A stretch of 64,000 nt of DNA. It comes from Prochlorococcus sp. AG-347-K18 (GTDB lineage: Bacteria; Cyanobacteriota; Cyanobacteriia; PCC-6307; Cyanobiaceae). The DNA is taken from positions 12,598 to 76,597 of the forward strand of contig QCCF01000007.1 in assembly GCA_003281365.1 (NCBI GenBank), in the 5' to 3' direction. Numbering within the stretch: the first letter of the stretch is position 1; every line of letters begins with the position of its first letter. A model generated the notes under the pieces. The model was not told where the DNA came from, searched no databases, and saw only the letters and a list, made by a program, of their open reading frames with translations. Positions 1-9,859 of this stretch are shown here, piece after piece. The position numbers and the translations under genes are program-made.

Positions 1-1056
1 TTACAAACTTACGGAAAATCTGATGTCACCTATGACTGGTACGCAGGAAATTCTGGTGTTGTTGGCCGTTCAGGTAAATTCATAGCAGCTCATGCTGCCC
101 ATGCAGGATTAATGATGTTCTGGGCAGGAGCTTTTGGATTATTCGAATTGGCTCGTTACGACGCTAGTATTCCAATGGGTGCACAGAAAGCAATTGTTTT
201 GCCTCACCTAGCAGGTATTGGAATTGGTGGTATTGAAAATGGTGTTATTACAGAGCCATATGGAATTGTTGTAATTTGCACATTACATCTAATTTTCTCA
301 GCGGTGTTAGGTGCTGGGGGATTATTACATTCCAATAAATTTGCAGGCGATCTGGGAGACTATCCAGAAAATAGTAAGCCCCAAAAGTTTGATTTTGAGT
401 GGGATGATCCAGATAAACTAACTTTTATTCTTGGTCATCATCTGATCTTTCTTGGGCTTGGAGCAATAATGTTTGTCGAATGGGCTCGAATTCACGGAAT
501 TTATGACCCAGCAATAGGTTCTACAAGACAAGTTGTTTACAATCTAGATATTGCTGCTATCTGGAATCATCAATTTGATTTTTTAAAAATAGATAGCCTT
601 GAAGATGTTATGGGAGGTCATGCTTTCTTAGCTTTCCTTGAAATTATTGGAGGAGTTTTCCATATTTGTACTAAGCAATTTGGAGAATATACAGAATTTA
701 AAGGAAAGGGATTACTTGGAGCTGAGGCTATTTTGTCTTACTCAGTAGTTGGTGTATCTTATATGGCTTTTGTTGCTGCTTTTTGGTGTGCATCAAATAC
801 GACTATATATCCAATTGATCTATATGGAGAACCTTTAAAGCTTCAATTTGAATTCGCACCTTATTTTACTGATACGGTTGATTTAGGTTCAGGAACATAC
901 AGCTCAAGAGCTTGGCTTGCTAATACTCATTTCTATTTGGGATTCTTTTTCTTGCAAGGTCATCTATGGCATGCATTAAGAGCTATGGGATTTGACTTTA
1001 AGAAAATTGGTCAAGCATTTGACAATATTGAAAATACAAAAATTACTCAAAACTAG
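1..1056 (+). CDS. pcb: Pcb/IsiA-family chlorophyll a/b-binding antenna protein, 5' partial
   Basis: Frame 1 is open from base 1 (LQTYGKSDVTYDWYAGNSG...AHAAHAGL). It has GHHL and GHLWH Chl-ligand motifs. The start lies just outside the window. Confidence 0.93.
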   Translation, partial: LQTYGKSDVTYDWYAGNSGVVGRSGKFIAAHAAHAGLMMFWAGAFGLFELARYDASIPMGAQKAIVLPHLAGIGIGGIENGVITEPYGIVVICTLHLIFSAVLGAGGLLHSNKFAGDLGDYPENSKPQKFDFEWDDPDKLTFILGHHLIFLGLGAIMFVEWARIHGIYDPAIGSTRQVVYNLDIAAIWNHQFDFLKIDSLEDVMGGHAFLAFLEIIGGVFHICTKQFGEYTEFKGKGLLGAEAILSYSVVGVSYMAFVAAFWCASNTTIYPIDLYGEPLKLQFEFAPYFTDTVDLGSGTYSSRAWLANTHFYLGFFFLQGHLWHALRAMGFDFKKIGQAFDNIENTKITQN

Positions 1057-1067
1057 TTCAATTTAAT

Positions 1068-1103
1068 AAAAAAAACCTTTCCTTCAAAAGGAAGGTTTTT
1101 TTT
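1068..1103 (+). terminator. Intrinsic terminator after pcb
   Basis: aaaaaaacctttcc-ttcaaaa-ggaaggtttttttt. Confidence 0.8.
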
Positions 1104-1133
1104 ATAGAATTATTTAATTTACTTATAAATTTA

Positions 1134-1787
1134 ATGAATAATTTAAGAGAAATTAATTGTAAAGAGATTTTCAGAAGAGCTTATGAAAATAGGTACACTT
1201 GGAAGAATGAATTTAATGGTTATAAAGGTAAATGTATTTTTTCAGTTAATAATGATATTCATGAAGGTGAATTCTCATTAGGGAGTAACTTTAAACCAAA
1301 TATTCAAAATATAGAAGATGAGAAAATTGTTAAAAGTATTGCCTCTCAATTATTTGAAGTATGTATACACAGGGTAAAAAGAGAATTTATATCTATTCAT
1401 TCAGAGAATAATTTTAATTTACTCAAAAATTCTGAAAGTGGAATTGAAATGATTATTTCTGGTAAGAATAAAGGCGATAAATATAGGGTTAAAAATGATT
1501 TTATTAATATGGTCTATAGAAAAATTCATGGAATAATAATTGAAATTTTTGTTGAAGAATTTTTAGATACAGGAATAGGTTACCTTAGTAAAAAATATAG
1601 TAGTCAAACAATTGATCCCGATACACTTCAGTCAAAATCACAAAAATTAGAATATGAAGATAAATTTATAAATATAGGTGAAGAGCATTATTGGATCTTG
1701 AATTCTAGAACAATAAAATATTTAAATGAAAATAGAGAAGAAGAAACACAAAAGTTTATTTTTGAGGATTTAAGTTTATTGAAATAA
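1134..1787 (+). CDS. DUF3386-like conserved cyanobacterial protein
   Basis: 217-aa ORF with FRRAYENRYTW N-terminal signature. Confidence 0.7.
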   Translation: MNNLREINCKEIFRRAYENRYTWKNEFNGYKGKCIFSVNNDIHEGEFSLGSNFKPNIQNIEDEKIVKSIASQLFEVCIHRVKREFISIHSENNFNLLKNSESGIEMIISGKNKGDKYRVKNDFINMVYRKIHGIIIEIFVEEFLDTGIGYLSKKYSSQTIDPDTLQSKSQKLEYEDKFINIGEEHYWILNSRTIKYLNENREEETQKFIFEDLSLLK

Positions 1788-1792
1788 GTTTT

Positions 1793-2038
1793 TTATTCAA
1801 CCAATCTAAATCCTTTATCAAGTAGTTTTTGGTAAAGAAGTCTTGCTCTGAAGGCTAAAATTTGTTCTTCATTTTCATTGCTTATGACATGGAAATAATT
1901 ATTGTCTAGTTTATTTTTGCTAAAACATACATTTGCCTCTCCCAATCTTAAAGTCCAATTTTCTTCTTTTGCTAGATGCTGATTCGGTCCGAGATCCCAA
2001 GGGCATTTTTCAGGATATTTTTCTCTTTTAGAACCCAT
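1793..2038 (-). CDS. Hypothetical protein
   Basis: 81-aa ORF; no motif recognised. Confidence 0.5.
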   Translation of the reverse strand: MGSKREKYPEKCPWDLGPNQHLAKEENWTLRLGEANVCFSKNKLDNNYFHVISNENEEQILAFRARLLYQKLLDKGFRLVE

Positions 2039-2131
2039 ATTGTTAATTTAACTATCCAATTTTAGTAAAAATTTAAAAGTATGGCTATAAATTTTTTTAA
2101 TAACTTTATCTGGGTTTATTGAAGGTATTAT

Positions 2132-2776
2132 TTACTTTTTAGTCGAAATTAAGCAATAAAATGGGTCTTTTTTAAAAAAATTAAAGATATTTAAAGTGGG
2201 CTGATTAAATTTCTTAATGATTCTTGGTTCATTAAATCCGTTTGTGATTAATACTTCTCTTACATATTTGACTCTCTCTTCCTCATTAGAAGTAGTCCAT
2301 ATATTGGGAGTCTTATGCCAAAATGCTCTATTTGAAAAAGCTATTATAAATTTGCCCCCATTACTCAAAATTCTTACTATTTCATTAGTTAAATTTTCTG
2401 GATATTGTAAATATTGCCAAGCTGCGACCATTAAACAATAATCAACACTTTCATTATCAAGAGGAATTTCTTGATTCAAATTAAAATTTTGTATCCAATA
2501 AGTATCAAAAATTTTGTTTTTCTCGAGTTCTTGTTTATTTAATCCATGCCCAATAACCTTTTTATATTTTTTCTCTTCAGGTAAATAACTATCCCAACTG
2601 GACATTAAGTCAAGGACTGTTGAATAATCTGAAATTTCATTTTTATAAATACTTGATAAATAATTCCTGAAGCTTGCATCTAAATGATATACAAATTTTG
2701 GGTCAGAATAAAATTCTTCATCATTGCTCTCATCAATTTTTTTTCTTTGATAATTATTTAAAACTTTCAAAACCAT
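2132..2776 (-). CDS. Class I SAM-dependent methyltransferase
   Basis: VLDLMSSWDS, GHGLN and FSNRAF motifs. Confidence 0.8.
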   Translation of the reverse strand: MVLKVLNNYQRKKIDESNDEEFYSDPKFVYHLDASFRNYLSSIYKNEISDYSTVLDLMSSWDSYLPEEKKYKKVIGHGLNKQELEKNKIFDTYWIQNFNLNQEIPLDNESVDYCLMVAAWQYLQYPENLTNEIVRILSNGGKFIIAFSNRAFWHKTPNIWTTSNEEERVKYVREVLITNGFNEPRIIKKFNQPTLNIFNFFKKDPFYCLISTKK

Positions 2777-2923
2777 AATTATAAAATTTCCTTTTAATTT
2801 AATAAATAGAGATTCATATTGTGTTTTTCTAATTTATTTTGAGTTTAATTAATTAAAGATTTTTAAAAAAACTAGACATATATTCAAAAAAAGTTAAATT
2901 GTAAATTAATAATTTAGTTAACA

Positions 2924-3046
2924 ATGATTAAATTCAATAGGAGTAAAATAAGTAGATCTAAAAAAGCCCTTTTCAATCCATATAAAAACGGAATAAGTGA
3001 ATATGATATGGCATATCTCTCATCAAAAAAAATTCTAAAAAATAAA
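2924..3046 (+). CDS. Possible 40-aa basic protein
   Basis: Translated by hand: MIKFNRSKISRSKKALFNPYKNGISEYDMAYLSSKKNSKK. Confidence 0.3.
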
Positions 3047-3084
3047 ACTTTTAATCTGCAAAAAGATAATTTAGCCGCATAAAA

Positions 3085-3417
3085 ATGCCTTACATTAACA
3101 TTGCTACTACAGCAAAAATTGATAATAAAAAGAAAATACTTGAAGAAATCTCAATATTAGTTTCATCTTTAACAAATAAATCAAGAAGATTTGTTATGGC
3201 TAAATTAGATGATAATTCCGAAATGTATTTCGAAGACGAAAGCCCTTGTTGTTTTTTACAGATTAAATCAATAGGATCTTTAAATCCTTCAGAGATGGCA
3301 AAGCCAATATCTAATTTTATAGCTGAAAAAATGGGAATTCCAATTCATAAGATTTATATTTCTTTCGAGGATGTGCCTGCTTCAATGTGGGCTTGGAATG
3401 GGAGAACATTTGGTTAA
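3085..3417 (+). CDS. MIF / phenylpyruvate tautomerase family protein
   Basis: N-terminal Met-Pro, IKSIG, C-terminal WAWNGRTF. Confidence 0.85.
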   Translation: MPYINIATTAKIDNKKKILEEISILVSSLTNKSRRFVMAKLDDNSEMYFEDESPCCFLQIKSIGSLNPSEMAKPISNFIAEKMGIPIHKIYISFEDVPASMWAWNGRTFG

Positions 3418-3442
3418 TAATTATTATTTAGGTATTAATTGA

Positions 3443-3832
3443 ATGGAAATAAATAAGTTGGTCGATTTGAATTCTCTTAGAACCGCGCCTCAATTGAATA
3501 ATCTTCAACTAAAAAAACTTTTAGAAGAATTAGAAAATAATATTTTTAACGCGGATTGGATAACAATTGGAATAATGGCATCTTCTGATTTTGAAGCTGT
3601 TGCAGCATTAAAATCAATTTCTAAAAAATATTCCTTTATTAAATTTAGAGATTTAGGAACCCTTAATGCTATTGGAAGCGTTTTTTTAAAATGTAATCAA
3701 AAAACTGGAAATGTTTTTATAAGATCTGAAAAAGGTCTTGGTGAAGGAATTTTACTAACTTGTCAGTATGAACATGACAATAAAGACTCTAATACTTTTG
3801 GACCATTTCCACTTGATTTTTTTTCTAATTAA
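3443..3832 (+). CDS. DUF1824-like protein
   Basis: 129 aa; DWITIGIMA and GEGILLTCQ motifs. Confidence 0.65.
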   Translation: MEINKLVDLNSLRTAPQLNNLQLKKLLEELENNIFNADWITIGIMASSDFEAVAALKSISKKYSFIKFRDLGTLNAIGSVFLKCNQKTGNVFIRSEKGLGEGILLTCQYEHDNKDSNTFGPFPLDFFSN

Positions 3833-4070
3833 AATTTATTTTAGGTCAGAATAAATAATTTTATTTCGAGAATTTATAAGTTGGGGAATAATTCCAGAAA
3901 TAGACTTGAACATTAATTTTTAGTTTTAATTGCGAAATCTTTTAATTTCAACAGTTAAAATCAAAATTTTTTTTGGTGATAATAATCTAAAGATAATTGT
4001 GTGTTTTTTTTAAAGAAGCTTTGTTATTATAATTTATGGAATTGCTAAGATTTCTCGACTTTTCAAATAG

Positions 4071-4940
4071 ATGTTTTTTCAGGATATAATTCAAAATCTA
4101 AATACTTTTTGGTCCAAAGAAGGTTGTTTGATTATGCAGCCTTACGATACAGAAAAAGGTGCTGGGACTATGAATCCTCATACTTTTTTGAGGGCTATTG
4201 GACCTGAACCTTGGGCTGTTGCTTACACAGAGCCATGTAGAAGGCCTACAGATGGAAGATTTGGGGAAAATCCTAATCGTGCGCAACATTACTTTCAATA
4301 CCAGGTAATAATAAAGCCTTCTCCAAATGGTATACAAGAAAAATACTTGAAATCTCTAGAATCTCTTGGAATTAATCCTAGAAATCATGACATAAGATTT
4401 GTAGAGGATAATTGGGAGTCCCCAACTCTTGGAGCTTGGGGCGTAGGTTGGGAAGTTTGGTTGGACGGAATGGAAGTTACTCAATTTACTTATTTCCAGC
4501 AATGTGGGGGAACAGATTGCAATCCAATCCCTATTGAAATTACTTATGGCTTAGAGAGAATAGCAATGTTTTTGCAAGATAAGGAAAGAATTTGGGACTT
4601 AAATTGGAACAAAAATTTTAAATATAGTGATATTTGGTTACAATTTGAAAAAAGTCAATGTTCATATAATTTTTCTGGATCTAATCCAGATAATCTTAGA
4701 AAATTATTTGAAATTTATCAAGGCGAGGCAAATAATTTAATTGAAAAGAAATTAACTTTTCCTGCATTAGATTTTGTTCTGAAATGCAGTCATACTTTTA
4801 ATTTGCTTGATGCGAGGGGAGTGATTTCAGTAACAGATCGTGCTCAATATATAGAGAAAATTAGAAATTTGGCAAGGGAAGTAGCTTCTTCTTGGCTCAG
4901 AGAAAGAGAATTTTTAGAATTTCCATTATTAGGTCAATGA
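4071..4940 (+). CDS. glyQ: Glycyl-tRNA synthetase alpha subunit
   Basis: [32 protein letters not shown]. Confidence 0.98.
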   Translation: MFFQDIIQNLNTFWSKEGCLIMQPYDTEKGAGTMNPHTFLRAIGPEPWAVAYTEPCRRPTDGRFGENPNRAQHYFQYQVIIKPSPNGIQEKYLKSLESLGINPRNHDIRFVEDNWESPTLGAWGVGWEVWLDGMEVTQFTYFQQCGGTDCNPIPIEITYGLERIAMFLQDKERIWDLNWNKNFKYSDIWLQFEKSQCSYNFSGSNPDNLRKLFEIYQGEANNLIEKKLTFPALDFVLKCSHTFNLLDARGVISVTDRAQYIEKIRNLAREVASSWLREREFLEFPLLGQ

Positions 4941-5070
4941 ATTCGTAAATAATAAATACAATAAAAAAATATTAATAGTATCAAAAGATACATAGCTTTG
5001 AAACTTATTTTTCTTTCTTTTTTGGTTGCCAGCGATACAGTATAGTTACCCAATTTATATGGGTTTTTTA

Positions 5071-5078
5071 GTGTGAGG
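5071..5078 (+). promoter_or_regulatory. Yfr1/Yfr10 seed-complementary site overlapping the porin RBS
   Basis: GTGTGAGG lies 4 nt before the ATG at 5083 and is the reverse complement of CCTCACAC at 8962-8969. Confidence 0.65.
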
Positions 5079-5082
5079 TAAA

Positions 5083-6408
5083 ATGAAACTCTTCCAACAA
5101 ATGTTGGTTGCAAGCGCATCTTTGAGTTTACTTGCTCCAGTTGCTGCTCAAGCTTCCGACGTTGTCAATTTAGAAGAAATCAATAGCTACTCTCGTAGTA
5201 ATTCAAAATCTTTAAAATTTGACAGTAAAACATTCACCAACAAAGTTAGTGATGATTTTGCAAATCTTCAAAGACCTAATAATGGCTTAGAGGTAAAGCA
5301 AAATTTATTTGAAGCAGGCGGCTTCTCTGATACAACAACTCTCGGCGGAAGTGCTGTATTTGCAGCTACTGCAATAGACGGAGCTGAGAAAGTTAATGAT
5401 GGCGCTTCTGATTCTCTGCAAACCATGTATACATATACAATGGATTTGAATACAAGTTTCACAGGCGATGATAACTTATATGTTCGTCTAAGGACTGGAA
5501 ATGGTAATCAAAGCAATGGTTCTTTCGAAGAGAAAACAGCTTTTTACCATACTGATAATTACTCTAGTGGACCTGATACCCTTGCAGTTGATAAGATTTG
5601 GTACACAACTCCAATCGGTGATAGTGAGCAATGGTCAGCAACATTTGGACCAAAGATTGAAAATTACTATATGTATGCAGCACCTGTTTCAATTTATAGA
5701 CCAGGATTTCACAAGGCTTTCAAGCTAGGAAGTTTAAGTGGTGCGTATGGTGCAAGTACAAAACAAGGGGTTGGAATTAAGTATGTGGGAGACAACGGTT
5801 TCGCTGCAAGTTCTAACATTGTTTCATCCGCAGCAGGCACTGCTGGATTCTTAACAAATGAAGATGAGCATAAGTGGGATACGATGCTTGCTTATACACA
5901 AGATCAGTATCATATTTCATTAACATTATCTCAGCAACATGAAGACTGGAATTCATTTGCTTACTATGCAACTGATGCAGTTGCTGCAGATGAAGACTCT
6001 AACGCTACCGCGTATGCCACTAGAGCATACTGGAGACCAGAAGAGTCTGGAACTATTATGCCTGAAATTTCAGTGGGTTATGATGTAATCAGTTTTGATG
6101 GGAATGCAGGTTCTAACAAAGTAAAGGATGCATCTAGTTACTTTGTTGGTTTAGGATGGCCAGATATGTTCCAGGATTCTGATTATATTGGACTTGGATT
6201 TGGTCAACCATTAAAGACTACTAAAACTGTAAATGGTGATACTGCTACAGATGATACTCTTAGTCCATTCTTGTGGGAACTAACTTATTCGTTCAAAGTA
6301 AACGATTCTGTTACAATGATTCCTACAATATTCGGTGGTTCTGATATTCAAAGCTCAACTGATCAAGATATCTTTGGAGCAGCTTTAACTACTAAGTTTA
6401 AATTCTAA
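5083..6408 (+). CDS. som: Som-type outer-membrane porin
   Basis: MKLFQQML signal peptide, FSDTTTLGG, DLNTSFTGDDNLYVRL, C-terminal TKFKF. Confidence 0.9.
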   Translation: MKLFQQMLVASASLSLLAPVAAQASDVVNLEEINSYSRSNSKSLKFDSKTFTNKVSDDFANLQRPNNGLEVKQNLFEAGGFSDTTTLGGSAVFAATAIDGAEKVNDGASDSLQTMYTYTMDLNTSFTGDDNLYVRLRTGNGNQSNGSFEEKTAFYHTDNYSSGPDTLAVDKIWYTTPIGDSEQWSATFGPKIENYYMYAAPVSIYRPGFHKAFKLGSLSGAYGASTKQGVGIKYVGDNGFAASSNIVSSAAGTAGFLTNEDEHKWDTMLAYTQDQYHISLTLSQQHEDWNSFAYYATDAVAADEDSNATAYATRAYWRPEESGTIMPEISVGYDVISFDGNAGSNKVKDASSYFVGLGWPDMFQDSDYIGLGFGQPLKTTKTVNGDTATDDTLSPFLWELTYSFKVNDSVTMIPTIFGGSDIQSSTDQDIFGAALTTKFKF

Positions 6409-6422
6409 AATTTAATACTAAA

Positions 6423-6455
6423 TAAAAAAGGGGCTCAAAAGAGCCCCTTTTTTAT
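6423..6455. terminator. Bidirectional terminator
   Basis: aaaaaaggggctc-aaaa-gagcccctttttt between convergent genes. Confidence 0.85.
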
Positions 6456-6494
6456 TTAAAAAAATATTTGGAGAAAACTAAATTCGCATAGTCT

Positions 6495-6734
6495 TCACCA
6501 ACAATTTTCCCCTTCTCCAATTGGAACGCATACACTTGATTTTCTAGCTTCATCAGCTAGCCTTTGAGCCTCTTCATCAAGAATAAATTCTGCATTAATC
6601 TCCATATCAGTGTTCCATTCTTTGAGGCCTCCCAAATCACCCTCTCCGGCTTTTAAGGCTGTGTTATTTGTTGCAGTTAAAGCTAGTGCACTTGTGGCTG
6701 CTAGAAACAATGAAACTGAATTTTTTTTTACCAT
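6495..6734 (-). CDS. Small secreted peptide with C-terminal Cys-x8-Cys-Trp
   Basis: 79 aa; signal-like N-terminus, acidic core, ends CVPIGEGENCW. Confidence 0.7.
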   Translation of the reverse strand: MVKKNSVSLFLAATSALALTATNNTALKAGEGDLGGLKEWNTDMEINAEFILDEEAQRLADEARKSSVCVPIGEGENCW

Positions 6735-6810
6735 TCATAATTGAATTTTCTAAATTAATGATAATAAAATTATGGTTATTTTTCTAAACGTTGTATAAAA
6801 TGATCCATTG

Positions 6811-7476
6811 TTAACTGCCCAATCTTCTTAAAAGATTAGAGTATGACTTAAAGATAAGGTCAACCTCATCCGATCTTCCATATTTAGCAAGTAATGATCT
6901 AGCTGAGGCATCTAAATCAAATAAATATTCTCTTTCTTCAATACTTTTAACGTAGCTTTCAATCCAACCTATAAATACTAATCTTTCACCATCAATAACT
7001 TCTTCTACTGAATGCAAATATGTACTTGGATATAATATGATTTCTCCTGCGTTTAATTTAAACTTTTCCTCAGAGTTGAAACTTTCAATTGATAATTCAC
7101 CTCCCTTATAGTCCTCTTTGCAATTTATAAAGATAGTAAAAGACAAGTCAGCTCTCCCTGATGACATATAAGCATTATCAATATGAGTACCATATTTCAT
7201 CCCTTTGGTATATTTTGAAAAGATAGTGCCATGAATCTTTTTTGGTAAAGCAAAGCTTTTAATTAGTTCATTTCTTATGATCTTTTTTGTAATCAATCCA
7301 GAAAACTTTTTTGATAAATCTGAATCTCTTCTTAGTTGCAGATTGTTCTTAACTTTAGCGGCTTGCTTACCAGCAGTTTGCTTCCCATTTTCCCAGAATA
7401 GTTCTTCTTTTTCTAAATCCTCTCTTATGATTTCTAATTCTTCAGAATTTAAAAGCTGATGAGTTAAATAATTCAT
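6811..7476 (-). CDS. piuC: PKHD-type Fe(II)/2-oxoglutarate hydroxylase (PiuC)
   Basis: YGTHIDNA (HxD), YPSTYLHSV, GERLVFIGW. Confidence 0.88.
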   Translation of the reverse strand: MNYLTHQLLNSEELEIIREDLEKEELFWENGKQTAGKQAAKVKNNLQLRRDSDLSKKFSGLITKKIIRNELIKSFALPKKIHGTIFSKYTKGMKYGTHIDNAYMSSGRADLSFTIFINCKEDYKGGELSIESFNSEEKFKLNAGEIILYPSTYLHSVEEVIDGERLVFIGWIESYVKSIEEREYLFDLDASARSLLAKYGRSDEVDLIFKSYSNLLRRLGS

Positions 7477-7569
7477 TTTTGATATATAAAATGATACAAA
7501 TTGATGTATAGGAATTTTCTTTGAGATTCCTTGTTATGCAGTTGGATATAAAGTAACCATAGATACTAT

Positions 7570-8601
7570 TTGTCAAAAGTGCAAAATCTAAAAAAACTAC
7601 TTTACCCATTATTAACGCTTACATGTTTGATGAGTTTTAATATACAAGCAAATTCAACAGAAAGAGAAGTTAAAGTATATTCGGGTAGACATTACAATAC
7701 TGATAGAGGAGTCTACAAAAAATTTGCTGAAGAAACAGGAATCAAAGTTAGGCTTATAGAGGCAGCTGGAATATCATTAATTGAGAGGTTGAAGAGAGAA
7801 GGCAAAAATTCGCAAGCAGATTTAATATTGTTAGTAGATGCAGCCAGAATTACTAATGCTTCTAAAGCTGGATTACTGCAAAGTATACAATCAGAAGCTT
7901 TAGAAAATTTTGTTCCAACAGGGCTGAAGGATAAAAATAAGGAATGGTACGCATTAACTAGAAGAGTAAGAGTTATGGTTGCAAACCCAAAAGTTGTAGA
8001 TGTCAGTAAGATTAAAGATTATACGGATTTAGCTGATCCATCTTTAAAAGGTAAAGTATGTTTAAGAAATAGAAAAAGTCCATATAATCAATCTTTAGTA
8101 GCCAACCAAATAGTGAATAAAGGAAATTTAGAAACTAAATCTTGGTTAAATGGAATGATCTCTAATGTGTCTAAACCTTTCTTCCCTGGAGATATTGCAA
8201 TAATTAGGGCTGTTGCCAAGAAAAAATGTGGAGTAGGAATTGTTAATCATTATTATGTTGCTAGGATGTTAGCTGGTGTTAATGGTCGGAGAGATGCTCT
8301 TTATGCGCAAAGAACATCTGTTATCACTCCAAACCCTGCACATGTAAATATTAGTGCTGGTGGAGTAGCTAAATATGCAAAAAATAAATCTGAAGCTATT
8401 CAGCTTCTTGAATATTTAGCTTCACCTAGTGGCAGTAAAGGATTAGCTGCGCCTACATTCGAACATCCATTAAAAGAAGTTAATCAAAATCCCATAGTTC
8501 AAAACTTTGGAAAATTTTCTCCTGATAAGGTAACTGTGGAGGAACTTGGGATAAATAATTCTCTTGCTATAAAATTGATGAGAGATGCAGGGTGGGATTA
8601 A
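7570..8601 (+). CDS. futA: Fe(III) ABC transporter substrate-binding protein
   Basis: VYSGRHY, YNQSL, GIVNHYY, HVNISAGG. Confidence 0.93.
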   Translation: MSKVQNLKKLLYPLLTLTCLMSFNIQANSTEREVKVYSGRHYNTDRGVYKKFAEETGIKVRLIEAAGISLIERLKREGKNSQADLILLVDAARITNASKAGLLQSIQSEALENFVPTGLKDKNKEWYALTRRVRVMVANPKVVDVSKIKDYTDLADPSLKGKVCLRNRKSPYNQSLVANQIVNKGNLETKSWLNGMISNVSKPFFPGDIAIIRAVAKKKCGVGIVNHYYVARMLAGVNGRRDALYAQRTSVITPNPAHVNISAGGVAKYAKNKSEAIQLLEYLASPSGSKGLAAPTFEHPLKEVNQNPIVQNFGKFSPDKVTVEELGINNSLAIKLMRDAGWD

Positions 8602-8950
8602 AAATTAAGATAATACGAAAGAAGGTAATTTCGTCTCTTTTTTATTCATAGGTATAAGTAGGTGTAAAGGTTACTGAGAAGTACAAAGTGAACTATTCAA
8701 AATCGCTTAATAAGAACTGAATTTGGATTTGAATCCTACCCTTACCGGTTTTATTTTTAAGAGTGTCAGAGAAATTTTCTAATTTACTAATATATCAGTG
8801 TTGGCATATTTCTGACAGCTAAGGAATTCTTTTCAATAAAGTAAGGCAATATTAGATACTAAAAACCTGTCTTTAATTCTCCACCTATAAGGGAAAGAAA
8901 TAGTAATTAATACTGTAGATATATGATACCTTTTTCTAGTAGATTGTATA

Positions 8951-9018
8951 TATCAGAAACTCCTCACACACTAATTTCTGATAATTAAACACCCTTTCTC
9001 TAAATGAGGGTGTTTTTT
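8951..9018 (+). ncRNA. Yfr1-family sRNA, probably the Yfr10 paralogue
   Basis: Conserved ACTCCTCACAC (8959-8969) sits in the loop of a tatcagaaa/tttctgata stem and is followed by terminator aaacaccct...agggtgtttttt. A TAGATT -10 candidate lies at 8940. Confidence 0.8.
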
Positions 9019-9607
9019 CATTTTTACAGAAATTATTTAATTGGAAGAAGTGACGATATAGTAATAATTTGTTCTTCCTTCCACAAAAAAGAAAAATTTG
9101 GCATATTTTTAATTACTATGATGGAGAAGTTTACTAGATAGTTGAAAGAAGGAAACATTTTATTTAATTTAACTAAAACCCTTTTTAATATAAAGGGGTT
9201 TTTTATCTCACCATTTTTATGCATTCCCCAAAATTTACTGGATTTTCAATAGTAGCTCATAATTGTAATGCTAAGGGTTTCTTCTATAAATATTTGACGG
9301 TAGATTTAAAGGGTAATCAAATTTCATTAATTGATTTGAACTATTTAAATACTTTTTTATTATTGTTATTGGTACTGGCTAATTACTCTAATCTGTACCT
9401 TACTCACTTCAAAAAAAGAAGATAATCATTTTTATGTTGACCCTCAATAATTAGAAAAATCTGAATTTTAGAAAATTAATTTTAATAGTATTTAGTATTC
9501 GAAAAATAATTAATTTTAAATCTATCTAATATTGCTGAAGTTTATAAAGTTTATAACTTATCGTCGATGATATATATATAAACTTGAAATAAATTTTTTT
9601 TAGATTT

Positions 9608-9859
9608 TTAATTTTCCCAAAATGGGTCTGTAGTTAAACAAACCTTTAACGTACTTTCTTTATTACTTTTTATATCACTTATACAAGCTCTCACAGTTTC
9701 TCCATTTACATCTATTTCACAAGCACCACAACTTCCTGTAAGACAGCCAGTTGGAATTTCTAAACCTGCTTCTTTAGCAGCAGAAAACCAATCATCTCCC
9801 TCTGAAACAAATGTTTCATTATTGTTTGGCCATATAATTTTTATATTTGTTTTTCTCAA
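9608..9859 (-). CDS. 2Fe-2S ferredoxin-like protein
   Basis: GCLTGSCGAC...C. Confidence 0.88.
   Translation of the reverse strand: MRKTNIKIIWPNNNETFVSEGDDWFSAAKEAGLEIPTGCLTGSCGACEIDVNGETVRACISDIKSNKESTLKVCLTTDPFWEN

Noticed and set aside
6757-6773. Fur-box-like AATGATAATAAAATTAT
   Set aside because: Imperfect and all-AT in an AT-rich genome; cannot be distinguished from chance
9033-9425. Two overlapping short ORFs (63 and 68 aa)
   Set aside because: Low-complexity, no motif or RBS; probably spurious
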